From sequence record DRR723986_6243: a DNA stretch of 35,846 bases. The stretch is one strand, 5' to 3'. A program made the translations under genes and the position numbers. The notes below the pieces were generated by a model. The model was not told the DNA's origin. It made no database searches and saw only the letters and a program-made list of their open reading frames with translations. This document shows positions 17,233 through 25,635 of the stretch, one piece after another; the stretch's first letter is position 1; each line of letters starts with the position of its first letter.

Positions 17233-19719
17233 CTAGTTCTCCCACTTCTCGGTTTGGTTCTTGTTGCCCATCAGGCGATTGCCCAAATCAACAGCACCGT
17301 CTTTAAGCCAGGCAAACAGGCGAACGTAACCGATCATGCCTTTGGCAAATACGTCTTTCAGACCACCCAGTGCACGGTCACGCGTTTGGTCTTCTTGCCA
17401 GTTGAGCCATGCGTCGGCCCGGCCAAAGGTGCATTGAATCAACTGTGTTTCCTGCTCTGGGGTGAGGTTGGTGAACAAGGCCTCGACATGCCCTGTTTCA
17501 GTGAAGTGAATTTTGGCCGGGAACAGGAATTCCCGGTCGCCCCGGTGCAAGCCAACCTGCACCTGGCTGAATTCGCTGATACCCGAGGTGTCGGCCACAG
17601 CCAATGTCAGCCCGGCGGCTGAGTATTCTTCGGTGTAGCAACTGACCGTGTAGCCTCCGGGCAGTTTCAAAAAGGCGGGCATCACCATTCGCACCCGGTG
17701 GTGTACATGTTTCTGAACCGACTCGGTTGCCACACCCACGGCCGCACCCAGAATGGCCAGGTTGAAGCCACACCACAACAGGTTCATTAACACCGTGCCT
17801 GTTTCATGGGTATTGAACACAAACAGGCGAAGCAAACCCACTGAAAAGCCCAACACATTGATCAACAGCAAAATCAGGTAGGGCTTCGCAATGTTCGCAT
17901 CAAAATAACTTTTCTCGATCAAGCCGCCTTTCGAGGTGACGTTGAACTTGCCCAGTTTCGGATTAATAAAGGCCAGCGTAGTCGGCAGAATGATGTACCA
18001 GGACAACACGGTTTCATACACTTCAGACCAGAACGATCGACGGTATTTGCCCTGAATTACCGAGTTGGTGTAGCTGGAAATCATCAACTGTGGCAAGGCG
18101 TAACTGAGAATGGTCACTGCGGCAGCATTGATCAGGTGTTGTTCAAAAAACAGGTAAGCCATGGGCATGACCAAAAAGATCATGCGGGGTATGCCGTAGA
18201 AAAAATGCAGCATCGCATTGGAATAGCAAATGCGCTGAAACAGGCTCAACCCCTTTTTGAACATCGGGTTGTCCGTGCGGAAAATTTGAGCCATGCCGCG
18301 TGCCCAGCGAATGCGCTGACCAATGTGGCCCGCCAGGGTTTCCGTGGCCAGGCCCGCTGCCTGAATATTGTTCAAGTACACACTGTTGTAGCCCAGGCTG
18401 TGCAGTTTAAGGGCGGTGTGCGCGTCTTCAGTCACGGTTTCTACCGCAATGCCACCCACCTCCAGCAATGCTTTGCGTTCAATCACCGCGCAGCTGCCGC
18501 AGAAAAATGAGGCGTTCCAGTAGTCGTTTCCGTCTTGGATCAGGCCGTAGAACAAAGAGCCCTCATTGGGCATTTGTCGAAATGAGTTGAAGTTGCGTTC
18601 GAACGGGTCTGCCGAGAAAAAGTGGTGCGGTGTTTGTACCAACACGCACTTGGGGTCACGGCTGAACCATCCCATGCTGGTTTGTAGAAACGAGCGTGTG
18701 GGTATGTGGTCGCAATCAAAAATGGCAATGTACTGGCCATGCGTGTGTTTCAAGGCGTAGTTGATATTGCCGGCTTTCGCATGGGAGTTGTCAGGGCGGG
18801 AAATGTATTCAACACCGGCTTGTTTTGCAAATTCTTCAAAGGCAGGGCGGTGCCCGTCGTCCAGAATGTAGACCGTTATTTTTTCAAGTGGCCAATCCAA
18901 ACCTTTGGCCGCATAAACCGTGGGGCGCACCACGGACAAAGGCTCGTTGTAACTGGGGATGAACACGTCTACGGTGGGCCAGTCATTCAGGTTCAGTTCC
19001 AGCGGCATGGGTTTGCGTTTCAAGGGCCATGCGGTCTGAATGAATCCGAATATCAGAATAATCCAGGTGTAGGCTTCGGCAGCAACCAAGGTATAACCCA
19101 GGAAAATTTCAGTGCCACTTTCAAGGTCAAGTGAACTGGTGAAACGCCAAAACACATAGCGTGCCAGCAGCAACATGGTCAGTGCCATCAGGCACAAGTT
19201 GGCAAAGCGCTCGGGCAAGCGTTTGAACAACATGGCGAACAGATAGCACACCACGATAAAGATCCATTGTCCTGCCAGGGGCAATGAGGCTTGAGCCGTG
19301 AATAGAAACAGGGCCAGGGCAGAAAGGCCCAACGCCCAGCGTAACCATTTGAAGCGCACCACAAAGTGGCTGGCGTTTTCTATTCGCTGTTCAAGCCGTG
19401 CTGCGCGCACGGCATAGTCAGTGAATCTGCTGAATTGCAAGCGTACAACGCGATAGGGACGCTGAATCAGAAACTTGAACAGATAGGTGATCGGGCTCAG
19501 CAAATCGTGCAGAGCAACAACAACAATATGCAGCACGAAACTTGGAAGGCTTCGGCCTTGTCGGCCATTGGATGCCTCCAGTGCGCTGTTTAAACTGTTC
19601 GGGCGCAGCCAAAGTGCCTGGAATAGGCGTAACAAACGAACCCGGGTTTTCAGGTTCGGAAATTCGCGCAGGTCAAGCAGGCGCTCTAGTCGGTTGATCC
19701 AGCTTGATGAGGTGCTCAT
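17233..19719 (-). CDS. bcsA: Cellulose synthase catalytic subunit BcsA (GT2 plus degenerate-looking PilZ)
   Basis: 'PSYNE', 'DDG', 'HAKAGN', 'DCD', 'QTPH', 'FFCGS', 'TED', 'QRIRW' and gating loop 'FNVTSK'. Confidence 0.97.
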   Translation of the reverse strand: MSTSSSWINRLERLLDLREFPNLKTRVRLLRLFQALWLRPNSLNSALEASNGRQGRSLPSFVLHIVVVALHDLLSPITYLFKFLIQRPYRVVRLQFSRFTDYAVRAARLEQRIENASHFVVRFKWLRWALGLSALALFLFTAQASLPLAGQWIFIVVCYLFAMLFKRLPERFANLCLMALTMLLLARYVFWRFTSSLDLESGTEIFLGYTLVAAEAYTWIILIFGFIQTAWPLKRKPMPLELNLNDWPTVDVFIPSYNEPLSVVRPTVYAAKGLDWPLEKITVYILDDGHRPAFEEFAKQAGVEYISRPDNSHAKAGNINYALKHTHGQYIAIFDCDHIPTRSFLQTSMGWFSRDPKCVLVQTPHHFFSADPFERNFNSFRQMPNEGSLFYGLIQDGNDYWNASFFCGSCAVIERKALLEVGGIAVETVTEDAHTALKLHSLGYNSVYLNNIQAAGLATETLAGHIGQRIRWARGMAQIFRTDNPMFKKGLSLFQRICYSNAMLHFFYGIPRMIFLVMPMAYLFFEQHLINAAAVTILSYALPQLMISSYTNSVIQGKYRRSFWSEVYETVLSWYIILPTTLAFINPKLGKFNVTSKGGLIEKSYFDANIAKPYLILLLINVLGFSVGLLRLFVFNTHETGTVLMNLLWCGFNLAILGAAVGVATESVQKHVHHRVRMVMPAFLKLPGGYTVSCYTEEYSAAGLTLAVADTSGISEFSQVQVGLHRGDREFLFPAKIHFTETGHVEALFTNLTPEQETQLIQCTFGRADAWLNWQEDQTRDRALGGLKDVFAKGMIGYVRLFAWLKDGAVDLGNRLMGNKNQTEKWEN

Positions 19720-20456
19720 CCGATCTCCGTGTCAATCCAATTGCACAGCTTTTGCTGATCTTCCACCAACTGTGAGCGTGGTGCATAGTCGGCCAGGGCC
19801 AGGCCAGCGGCCAGGCTTTCTGCCAGTGCCTGGTCTTCATGCAAATAAAAGGGCAGCAAACGGTGGCTCAGTTTCATTTTGCACAAAGTCCACAAATCCA
19901 GATGCAGTACCTTGGCTGAGTCGAAGCGGTTCATGAGAAAGTACGATGCGCCCCGGCTTTCGAGCAAATGTGGAAGTAGTGCGTCGATACCCAAAATAGA
20001 GGCAGAATCCGGAATCAGGGTAATCAGATTAAGATCAGACAGGGCCATCACTTTTTGGCACCATGGTGCAGGCCAACGCGGCAGGTCAATAATGACCACC
20101 GCATCTTCAGCAAACTGATCTTTTTGAAACAGTTCTGTCAGGCGTTGGGGTTGCTCCATCAATACCCGGTCAATCGCCAATTGCTGCGCCATCGTCACTT
20201 CACCGAAAGGCAGCAGCTTGAAGTCCGAATTGCTGGTGCTCATCACCTGTTCCAGAGGATCGCTCTGCAAGAGGACATGTGCAAGGCCGCGACTGCTGCG
20301 TTTGGTGAACCCCAACTGAAATTCAATGTTGTTGACGGGGTCTGCCTGCATCAGCGTCACATTGCGTCCCAGCATGCTGAGGTGGGTGGCCGTCGCAATC
20401 GCCAGGCTGGTTCGTCCTGCACCCCCGGTGGGGGAGACCAAAGCAATAATGATCAT
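19716..20456 (-). CDS. bcsQ: Cellulose biosynthesis ATPase BcsQ (MinD/ParA-like)
   Basis: Deviant Walker A 'SPTGGAGRTS', 'DPVN', 'LPFG', 'IDLP', 'HEDQALAESLA...Y.P.S'. Its stop overlaps the bcsA start (ATGA). Confidence 0.88.
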   Translation of the reverse strand: MIIIALVSPTGGAGRTSLAIATATHLSMLGRNVTLMQADPVNNIEFQLGFTKRSSRGLAHVLLQSDPLEQVMSTSNSDFKLLPFGEVTMAQQLAIDRVLMEQPQRLTELFQKDQFAEDAVVIIDLPRWPAPWCQKVMALSDLNLITLIPDSASILGIDALLPHLLESRGASYFLMNRFDSAKVLHLDLWTLCKMKLSHRLLPFYLHEDQALAESLAAGLALADYAPRSQLVEDQQKLCNWIDTEIG

Positions 20457-20662
20457 GCGTCCTCTTTTTCATCGGGGCTGGCAATCCATTTGCCATGCCG
20501 CACCAGCTGATAACAGTCGTCGGGTAACTGGTTGTTGCTCCAGTTCACCCAGTCACTTAACCAGATTCTGGTTGTCGGGTTTTTCATCATTTTGCCCACT
20601 ATCAAAATAGTGAGCAAAACGCCCAGCAGCAAACCACTCGCTATCAATGCAAGAACGATCAT
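20453..20662 (-). CDS. Small single-pass membrane protein, BcsF-like by position
   Basis: 69 aa with one N-terminal TM helix and a soluble tail. Translationally coupled (ATGA overlaps) to both bcsE and bcsQ. Confidence 0.55.
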   Translation of the reverse strand: MIVLALIASGLLLGVLLTILIVGKMMKNPTTRIWLSDWVNWSNNQLPDDCYQLVRHGKWIASPDEKEDA

Positions 20663-22065
20663 TTTGCATCCTCACTCAATAGTGCATTCAGGCGTTGTGT
20701 CCATGGGCGATTCTGGTTCAATGCTTCTGGGGTTTCATCCCAAAGATCTGCCAATTCCGAAGACTCGTTCTGGTCAGAGCCCATCAGGTCTTGCACTGAC
20801 AATGGTTCCAGTTCTTCGTGCAAATCGGCCAGCAATTCACTTTGTGTTTCTTCGCCCAAAAATTGAATGTCCCCACTGAAAAGTACGGGCAGGCTTTCCC
20901 GGAAACACGATTCAAGCCATTGGCGATAGCTGGCTTCATCAGGTTCACTGTCCCACATCTTCAGCAGATAAATGGCCTCCCGGGTGGCGGTAAACACACA
21001 TGTGGCCTGCGACCAATTGGCCAGGCGAAGCGCCGTTTGTGCAGTCATGTGACGCATCAGTGAAAGGCGGGTCAACGTGCAATGCATGGACCATTGTTTG
21101 CTCAGTTGCAACATCATCAAGCCCTGCGCCGCGAATGTCGGATTGGCTACCACTGTCAACAGGCCAGGCATGAACACCTCATGCAAGTCGCGCGAGAAGG
21201 TGTTCAGATGAGTTTTTGGGAGGTAATCATGCGTAGACGGTTTATTGACCTGCCCTGTGTCCAGACCCAACCAGGTTTCCATGTTTTGCTCATGCAGCCA
21301 CACCGTGTCCGCACCCATGCGCAGCAACACGGAGGCATCTTGTGCTGATACCTCGCCATGCGTCTGGATGTGAATCCCATGTTGCTTGTCGTTCTCGAAG
21401 CGAAGGCTGTGGCTGGCCTGTGCCAGTTGCTTCAGGTTGCCAAACACAGTGCTGTCGAGCACATGGTGCATGGGCAGTTTTGACAGTTCACTGGTGTCAT
21501 TCCACAGGTTGGTTTGCAGGCCCCATTGACTGGGCCACCAGGGGCGAAACTCAAATTCGCCAAAGTCGCTGACATCGGCCAACCCATCAGCAAAAGTGCT
21601 CCACTCGGGCAAGTCACCCTGTACGGTCGTGACTACATGGGCCTGCGCATGGTGGGCCCATTGATGCAACAGTCGCATTTGAGCCAGTGGGTTTTGCCTG
21701 TCCAGAGACTCTTTGCTGTCATCAAACCAGAGTTCAGCATGTTCGATGATCACCAAAGCAGGTTTCAACACGCACAGCGTATTCAAGGAACGGCAAAGTT
21801 GGCGAATGCCGTTCTTGGCATGCCCTTTCGCCCACAAGTTTCGAACAGACACCACATCCAGGCCTTTCGGGGCGCCCGCACGTTTGAGCAAATAAGGTTC
21901 CAGAAGGCTGCGTACTTCGTTCTTTGGGCTTGCTGTCAGCCACAGGCAAGACTTGAATGGTGTCTCTTCTTGCGAGTCCAGCCAATGCTGCACCAAGCTC
22001 TGCGAAAAACGATTCGCATGGGGCGCGCGTACAACATAGGCTCCGGGCTTGGGCAAGTCGATCAT
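20659..22065 (-). CDS. bcsE: Divergent BcsE-like cellulose biosynthesis protein
   Basis: Lies within the bcs operon. 'SAQDASVLLRMGADTVW' resembles BcsE 'RATDERLLLACGANMVI', and 'FRESLPVLFS' resembles 'FPLPTGDIFS' (recalled). Degenerate ATPase-like N-terminus. Confidence 0.7.
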   Translation of the reverse strand: MIDLPKPGAYVVRAPHANRFSQSLVQHWLDSQEETPFKSCLWLTASPKNEVRSLLEPYLLKRAGAPKGLDVVSVRNLWAKGHAKNGIRQLCRSLNTLCVLKPALVIIEHAELWFDDSKESLDRQNPLAQMRLLHQWAHHAQAHVVTTVQGDLPEWSTFADGLADVSDFGEFEFRPWWPSQWGLQTNLWNDTSELSKLPMHHVLDSTVFGNLKQLAQASHSLRFENDKQHGIHIQTHGEVSAQDASVLLRMGADTVWLHEQNMETWLGLDTGQVNKPSTHDYLPKTHLNTFSRDLHEVFMPGLLTVVANPTFAAQGLMMLQLSKQWSMHCTLTRLSLMRHMTAQTALRLANWSQATCVFTATREAIYLLKMWDSEPDEASYRQWLESCFRESLPVLFSGDIQFLGEETQSELLADLHEELEPLSVQDLMGSDQNESSELADLWDETPEALNQNRPWTQRLNALLSEDAK

Positions 22066-24489
22066 TTAAAACCTCGAGTAAGGTGCAACGCCTTCAGGCG
22101 GCACGCTCAATTCGAAAAAGTCACCGAACGAATATTTCAGATAAAGCTGCAATCGATCGGGGTTGTAACCTTCGGATCGATCGATTTCAAAATAGCCACC
22201 CACGACAAAGTTTTTTAACACCTGACGCTCAAGTGCAAGGCGCAAACCGGTGCTGGTGCCGCCACCCGGGCCACCAATTTGCAAGGTAGGGTTACCTTGT
22301 GCTGCAGCGGCAGCGGCGAGTTCCGGGTTCAGGGGGTAAAGCGCAGTGTCATCTTCTCGTGATTCACTGGCACCGACCCGGGCTTGGGCCTGCCAGGACC
22401 AACCATTCATGTTGCCAGTCCAGGTAATCGGAAATGTGAGCGAACCAAATGCCTGGGGGCTGTAGTAACCGCCTTGTCCAAAGGTGTAAAACCGCAGGTT
22501 CTTCTCAAATGACCACAAAAAGAGCGACGCACCAATTTCTACCTCATGTCCAGGGCGCTGGAACACGGTTTTGCCCACAATCCCTTGCAGGTTGTACTCG
22601 GTGTTGTCGGGTATGTTTTTACCGGTAATCAGGTTCGCACGCGCAATGCCTACAAAATCGAGAGTGGGGTTGAACGCCTGGTAATACACTGCACTGACAC
22701 CGTTGCGCCTGGCGCCACCCCAGGTTTCGCCAGTTAATGGGTCGATGGCACCAGTGGTCGACAACACACTACCATTGACCATGCGCCGGGCCACTTCCAG
22801 CCGCAACGATCCCTCGCCGAGGTTGGTGCGCCACTGCAGGCCACCCACCCAGTCATTGACCGGGTAATCGCCCACCGTGGTGCCGATATCCACACGGTAT
22901 TGCTCGGTTTGTACGCCTACACCGACCACATGGCCTTTGTAGTTCTGGTCCAGTCGGTTGCTGGCGATGGCAGGATCGGTGGGCAGGGTGGTGCCCAGCT
23001 TCGCGAAGTTGCTGGCGGTGGCGGGGTTCACCCGGCCCGAGTTCACATTCAGTGTGTCCGCACGCAAAAACAGGGTGCGCTCAAAATCAAGCGGTAAATC
23101 CAGCTGCAGGGGAATTTCGTCGCTGTCGATCCGCGATACACCTTCATCGCCATCAATAATTGCGTTTTCATACGACATGCGCAAACGTACTTGTCGTTTG
23201 CGCTGAAGGTTTTGTTCCAGTGCCTGTACTTCGGGTTCGGCTCGCCATCTCGGTGTGGCAGTGATCGAGCTGGCCAGTGCATTGAACTCGCCATTTCTCT
23301 CTTGTGTGCGCAGGCCCTCGAGGTATTGGCCGTATTGCACCCGTTTTTCCAGCGCTGTCATGCCTTCGGTCCAGTTCTCACGCGGTACGGCATTAATCAA
23401 TGCAATCGCGTCATTGCCTCGGTCTTGACGGGCCGCCAGTAGCGCCGAGGCAAATCGCATCTCCTGGCCTTGGTCCAGTGCCAAACCCTCGTCCATCACC
23501 CGCCGGGCAGCCTGTTTGCTGCCTGCATCGCCTTGGTCGTCAAGCAGCGTCGCAAGGTCGTAGCGAAACCATGGGTAGCTTGGATTCAGGTCCACTGCAT
23601 TCTGGAGCAGCCTGGCTGCCTCGGTTTTGTTGCCTTGATCAATTTGTTGTTGTGCAAGGTCAGCCAGTTGTTGCCCTTGCTCAAAATTGGACAGCACTGG
23701 GGGTGAGGTTGCCTCTTGTTCCGCGGGCGGGGATTGCGTCACCTCAGTTGTGATTGGCTGTGCTTGAGCGGCCGGCGCGGGTGTCGTTCGGTTCACGCTG
23801 CCGGGGCGACGTGGGTTTTGGGTCGTCGATGGTGTTTGCGTTTGGGCCAGTGTGCTGGCACCCGCACCAACCAACTCCGCCAAAAGGGTTCTGTAACGGC
23901 GGTCGTCCGGATACTGCTTTGCAAGCTCGGCCACCTTCGCCCGCGCGTAAGCCCGTCCATCCGGTGTGCGGTTCATCAAACGATAAATTTGTACCGCTGC
24001 CTCACCCAAGGGTGCTTGCGGTAAAAGCTGCTGCAGTCGTTGGGGAAGATTCCCCGGCACTTGTTCGCTGTCTGCCAAATAACGCAATTCGGCAAACTGC
24101 TGTCGCTTGTCGGAGGCCAGGGTAATTGCCTGTTGCAATTCAATGGAGAAGGGGTTGTTTCCGTGTACCAGTTGAAGTTTCCCCAACCACACATTGGCTG
24201 CCTGTACATCGCCGCGGGCAAGGTCAATCAATCCCTGCCAGCGCAGGGCCGAAGCATTGGTAGGTTCAATCAACAGTATTTTGTTGAACGACTGCGCTGC
24301 GAGGTCGAATCGAAAACGCTCGTACCAGTAAACCCCTTTTTCACTGAGTGCGCGAATATTGGTTTGCTGTGCATTGACATTGGCCTGGGCTTGCTCAGGC
24401 AAGGCCCAGGGCAATGCAACAAAGCAGGCTTGAATCGCCAATACAAGCTTGCAGGCTTGCAGACGGGACATTTGTTTGCAGTTAGCCAC
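22066..24489 (-). CDS. bcsC: Cellulose export outer-membrane protein BcsC (TPRs plus C-terminal beta-barrel)
   Basis: Signal peptide ending AQA, TPRs ('P.YPWFRYDLA'), barrel motifs 'DIGTT', 'WVGG', 'YTFGQGGYYSPQ', C-terminal Phe. Likely start GTG 24489 (GAGG RBS) or ATG 24471. Confidence 0.9.
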   Translation of the reverse strand: MANCKQMSRLQACKLVLAIQACFVALPWALPEQAQANVNAQQTNIRALSEKGVYWYERFRFDLAAQSFNKILLIEPTNASALRWQGLIDLARGDVQAANVWLGKLQLVHGNNPFSIELQQAITLASDKRQQFAELRYLADSEQVPGNLPQRLQQLLPQAPLGEAAVQIYRLMNRTPDGRAYARAKVAELAKQYPDDRRYRTLLAELVGAGASTLAQTQTPSTTQNPRRPGSVNRTTPAPAAQAQPITTEVTQSPPAEQEATSPPVLSNFEQGQQLADLAQQQIDQGNKTEAARLLQNAVDLNPSYPWFRYDLATLLDDQGDAGSKQAARRVMDEGLALDQGQEMRFASALLAARQDRGNDAIALINAVPRENWTEGMTALEKRVQYGQYLEGLRTQERNGEFNALASSITATPRWRAEPEVQALEQNLQRKRQVRLRMSYENAIIDGDEGVSRIDSDEIPLQLDLPLDFERTLFLRADTLNVNSGRVNPATASNFAKLGTTLPTDPAIASNRLDQNYKGHVVGVGVQTEQYRVDIGTTVGDYPVNDWVGGLQWRTNLGEGSLRLEVARRMVNGSVLSTTGAIDPLTGETWGGARRNGVSAVYYQAFNPTLDFVGIARANLITGKNIPDNTEYNLQGIVGKTVFQRPGHEVEIGASLFLWSFEKNLRFYTFGQGGYYSPQAFGSLTFPITWTGNMNGWSWQAQARVGASESREDDTALYPLNPELAAAAAAQGNPTLQIGGPGGGTSTGLRLALERQVLKNFVVGGYFEIDRSEGYNPDRLQLYLKYSFGDFFELSVPPEGVAPYSRF

Positions 24490-25633
24490 AGCTTTTAACC
24501 TCTTTGCCACGGGGCAACAGTTCACCCAGTGAATTAAAACGATAAAAATTGTCCATATAGCCTTGAGCAAACAGGCTCAAGGCACCGTTGTAATAACCGT
24601 ATTTCAGCCACGCTTCCTTGTTTGCTGTTTTCAGGCTTTGGGTGTGAAATTTTTTCGCAAGCTCGGGCATGCCGATGGCTTGAAGAAAAGGTGCCATGCT
24701 GGCTTGAAAACCGGCAGGTCCTCGCTCCGCTGAATATTTTCCACTCAGTGGTTCAAACCACTCCGGCATATTCTGGCGTTTTAATAGCAGGGCAGCCATA
24801 GGCGAAAGCTGTTTCAGCAAGGCTGCTGTAGTCGGGTCTTTGTCGCTGCTCATGGCAATCCACAGGTAGGTGCGTATGGCGTCGTAGTCCCCTCGTTGCT
24901 CATCATCGGGCAAGCGCATTTCACCGTTGTTGTACAACACCCAGTCGGGATATTGGCCCGTGCGGCCAGTGTCCAGCAGCAGTTTTTGGCTGGCCAGGTA
25001 AACCTGTGCCCAACGTGTATCGTCCGCCCAGGCGTTGGCAAATCGAGCCATCATGAAAGGTGGCAGGTAACTGGGGTTCAGTTTCACTGCTCCGTCGTCC
25101 TGCACAAAACCGGTGCGACCAGGCAGTATGCTCAATCCCAAGCCACTGACTTCCATGCTTTCTTTATTGAGGATCAGTTCGCCGAGCGCTCGCGCCTTGT
25201 CTGCATAGGCGGGGTTGCACCACACGCGGCTTGCCTCCAGTAATGTGAATGCAATCCACAAGTCGGCATCGGAGGCGCTGTTGGCGTCAATCACCCCCCA
25301 GCTTTCTCCGGTCTTGCCCCAGATCCACGCAGGCAGTTGTTGACTCATATCGCCCGCACTCAGATTGTTTTCAGTCCACTGCAATATGGCGTCGAACGCT
25401 TTTCGGTCTTGTGCTACCAAGGCAAAAAACAGGGCATAGGACTGCCCCTCCGACACTGTGCGCAGGTCTTCCTGGCTGCGATCAATCACTCGCCCGTCGT
25501 CGCTGACAAACGCACTCTTGAACCCGTCCCAGGCGGGCCAGGCTTGAGCGGGTGCGGCGCTGCAGGCCGTGGTCGCAGCAAGCAGAAGGGTGCCCAGTCC
25601 GATGCGTCGCAAACAATCACGCCACAAGACCAT
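24482..25633 (-). CDS. bcsZ: GH8 endo-1,4-beta-glucanase BcsZ
   Basis: 'TVSEGQSYALFFAL', 'LPAWIWG', 'NSASDADLW', 'NPSYLP', 'YDAIRTYLW'. Start moved to ATG 25633, 2 bp after the bcsB stop. Confidence 0.93.
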   Translation of the reverse strand: MVLWRDCLRRIGLGTLLLAATTACSAAPAQAWPAWDGFKSAFVSDDGRVIDRSQEDLRTVSEGQSYALFFALVAQDRKAFDAILQWTENNLSAGDMSQQLPAWIWGKTGESWGVIDANSASDADLWIAFTLLEASRVWCNPAYADKARALGELILNKESMEVSGLGLSILPGRTGFVQDDGAVKLNPSYLPPFMMARFANAWADDTRWAQVYLASQKLLLDTGRTGQYPDWVLYNNGEMRLPDDEQRGDYDAIRTYLWIAMSSDKDPTTAALLKQLSPMAALLLKRQNMPEWFEPLSGKYSAERGPAGFQASMAPFLQAIGMPELAKKFHTQSLKTANKEAWLKYGYYNGALSLFAQGYMDNFYRFNSLGELLPRGKEVKSCG

Positions 25634-25635
25634 GT

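Noticed and set aside
20409-20438. BcsQ Walker A lacking the canonical Lys (SPTGGAGRTS)
   Set aside because: BcsQ proteins generally have deviant Walker A motifs, so this is not evidence of inactivation.
25555-25633. Possible lipobox in BcsZ (ATTAC)
   Set aside because: Weak lipobox match, and a good signal peptidase I site (AQA) follows; cannot decide without SignalP.
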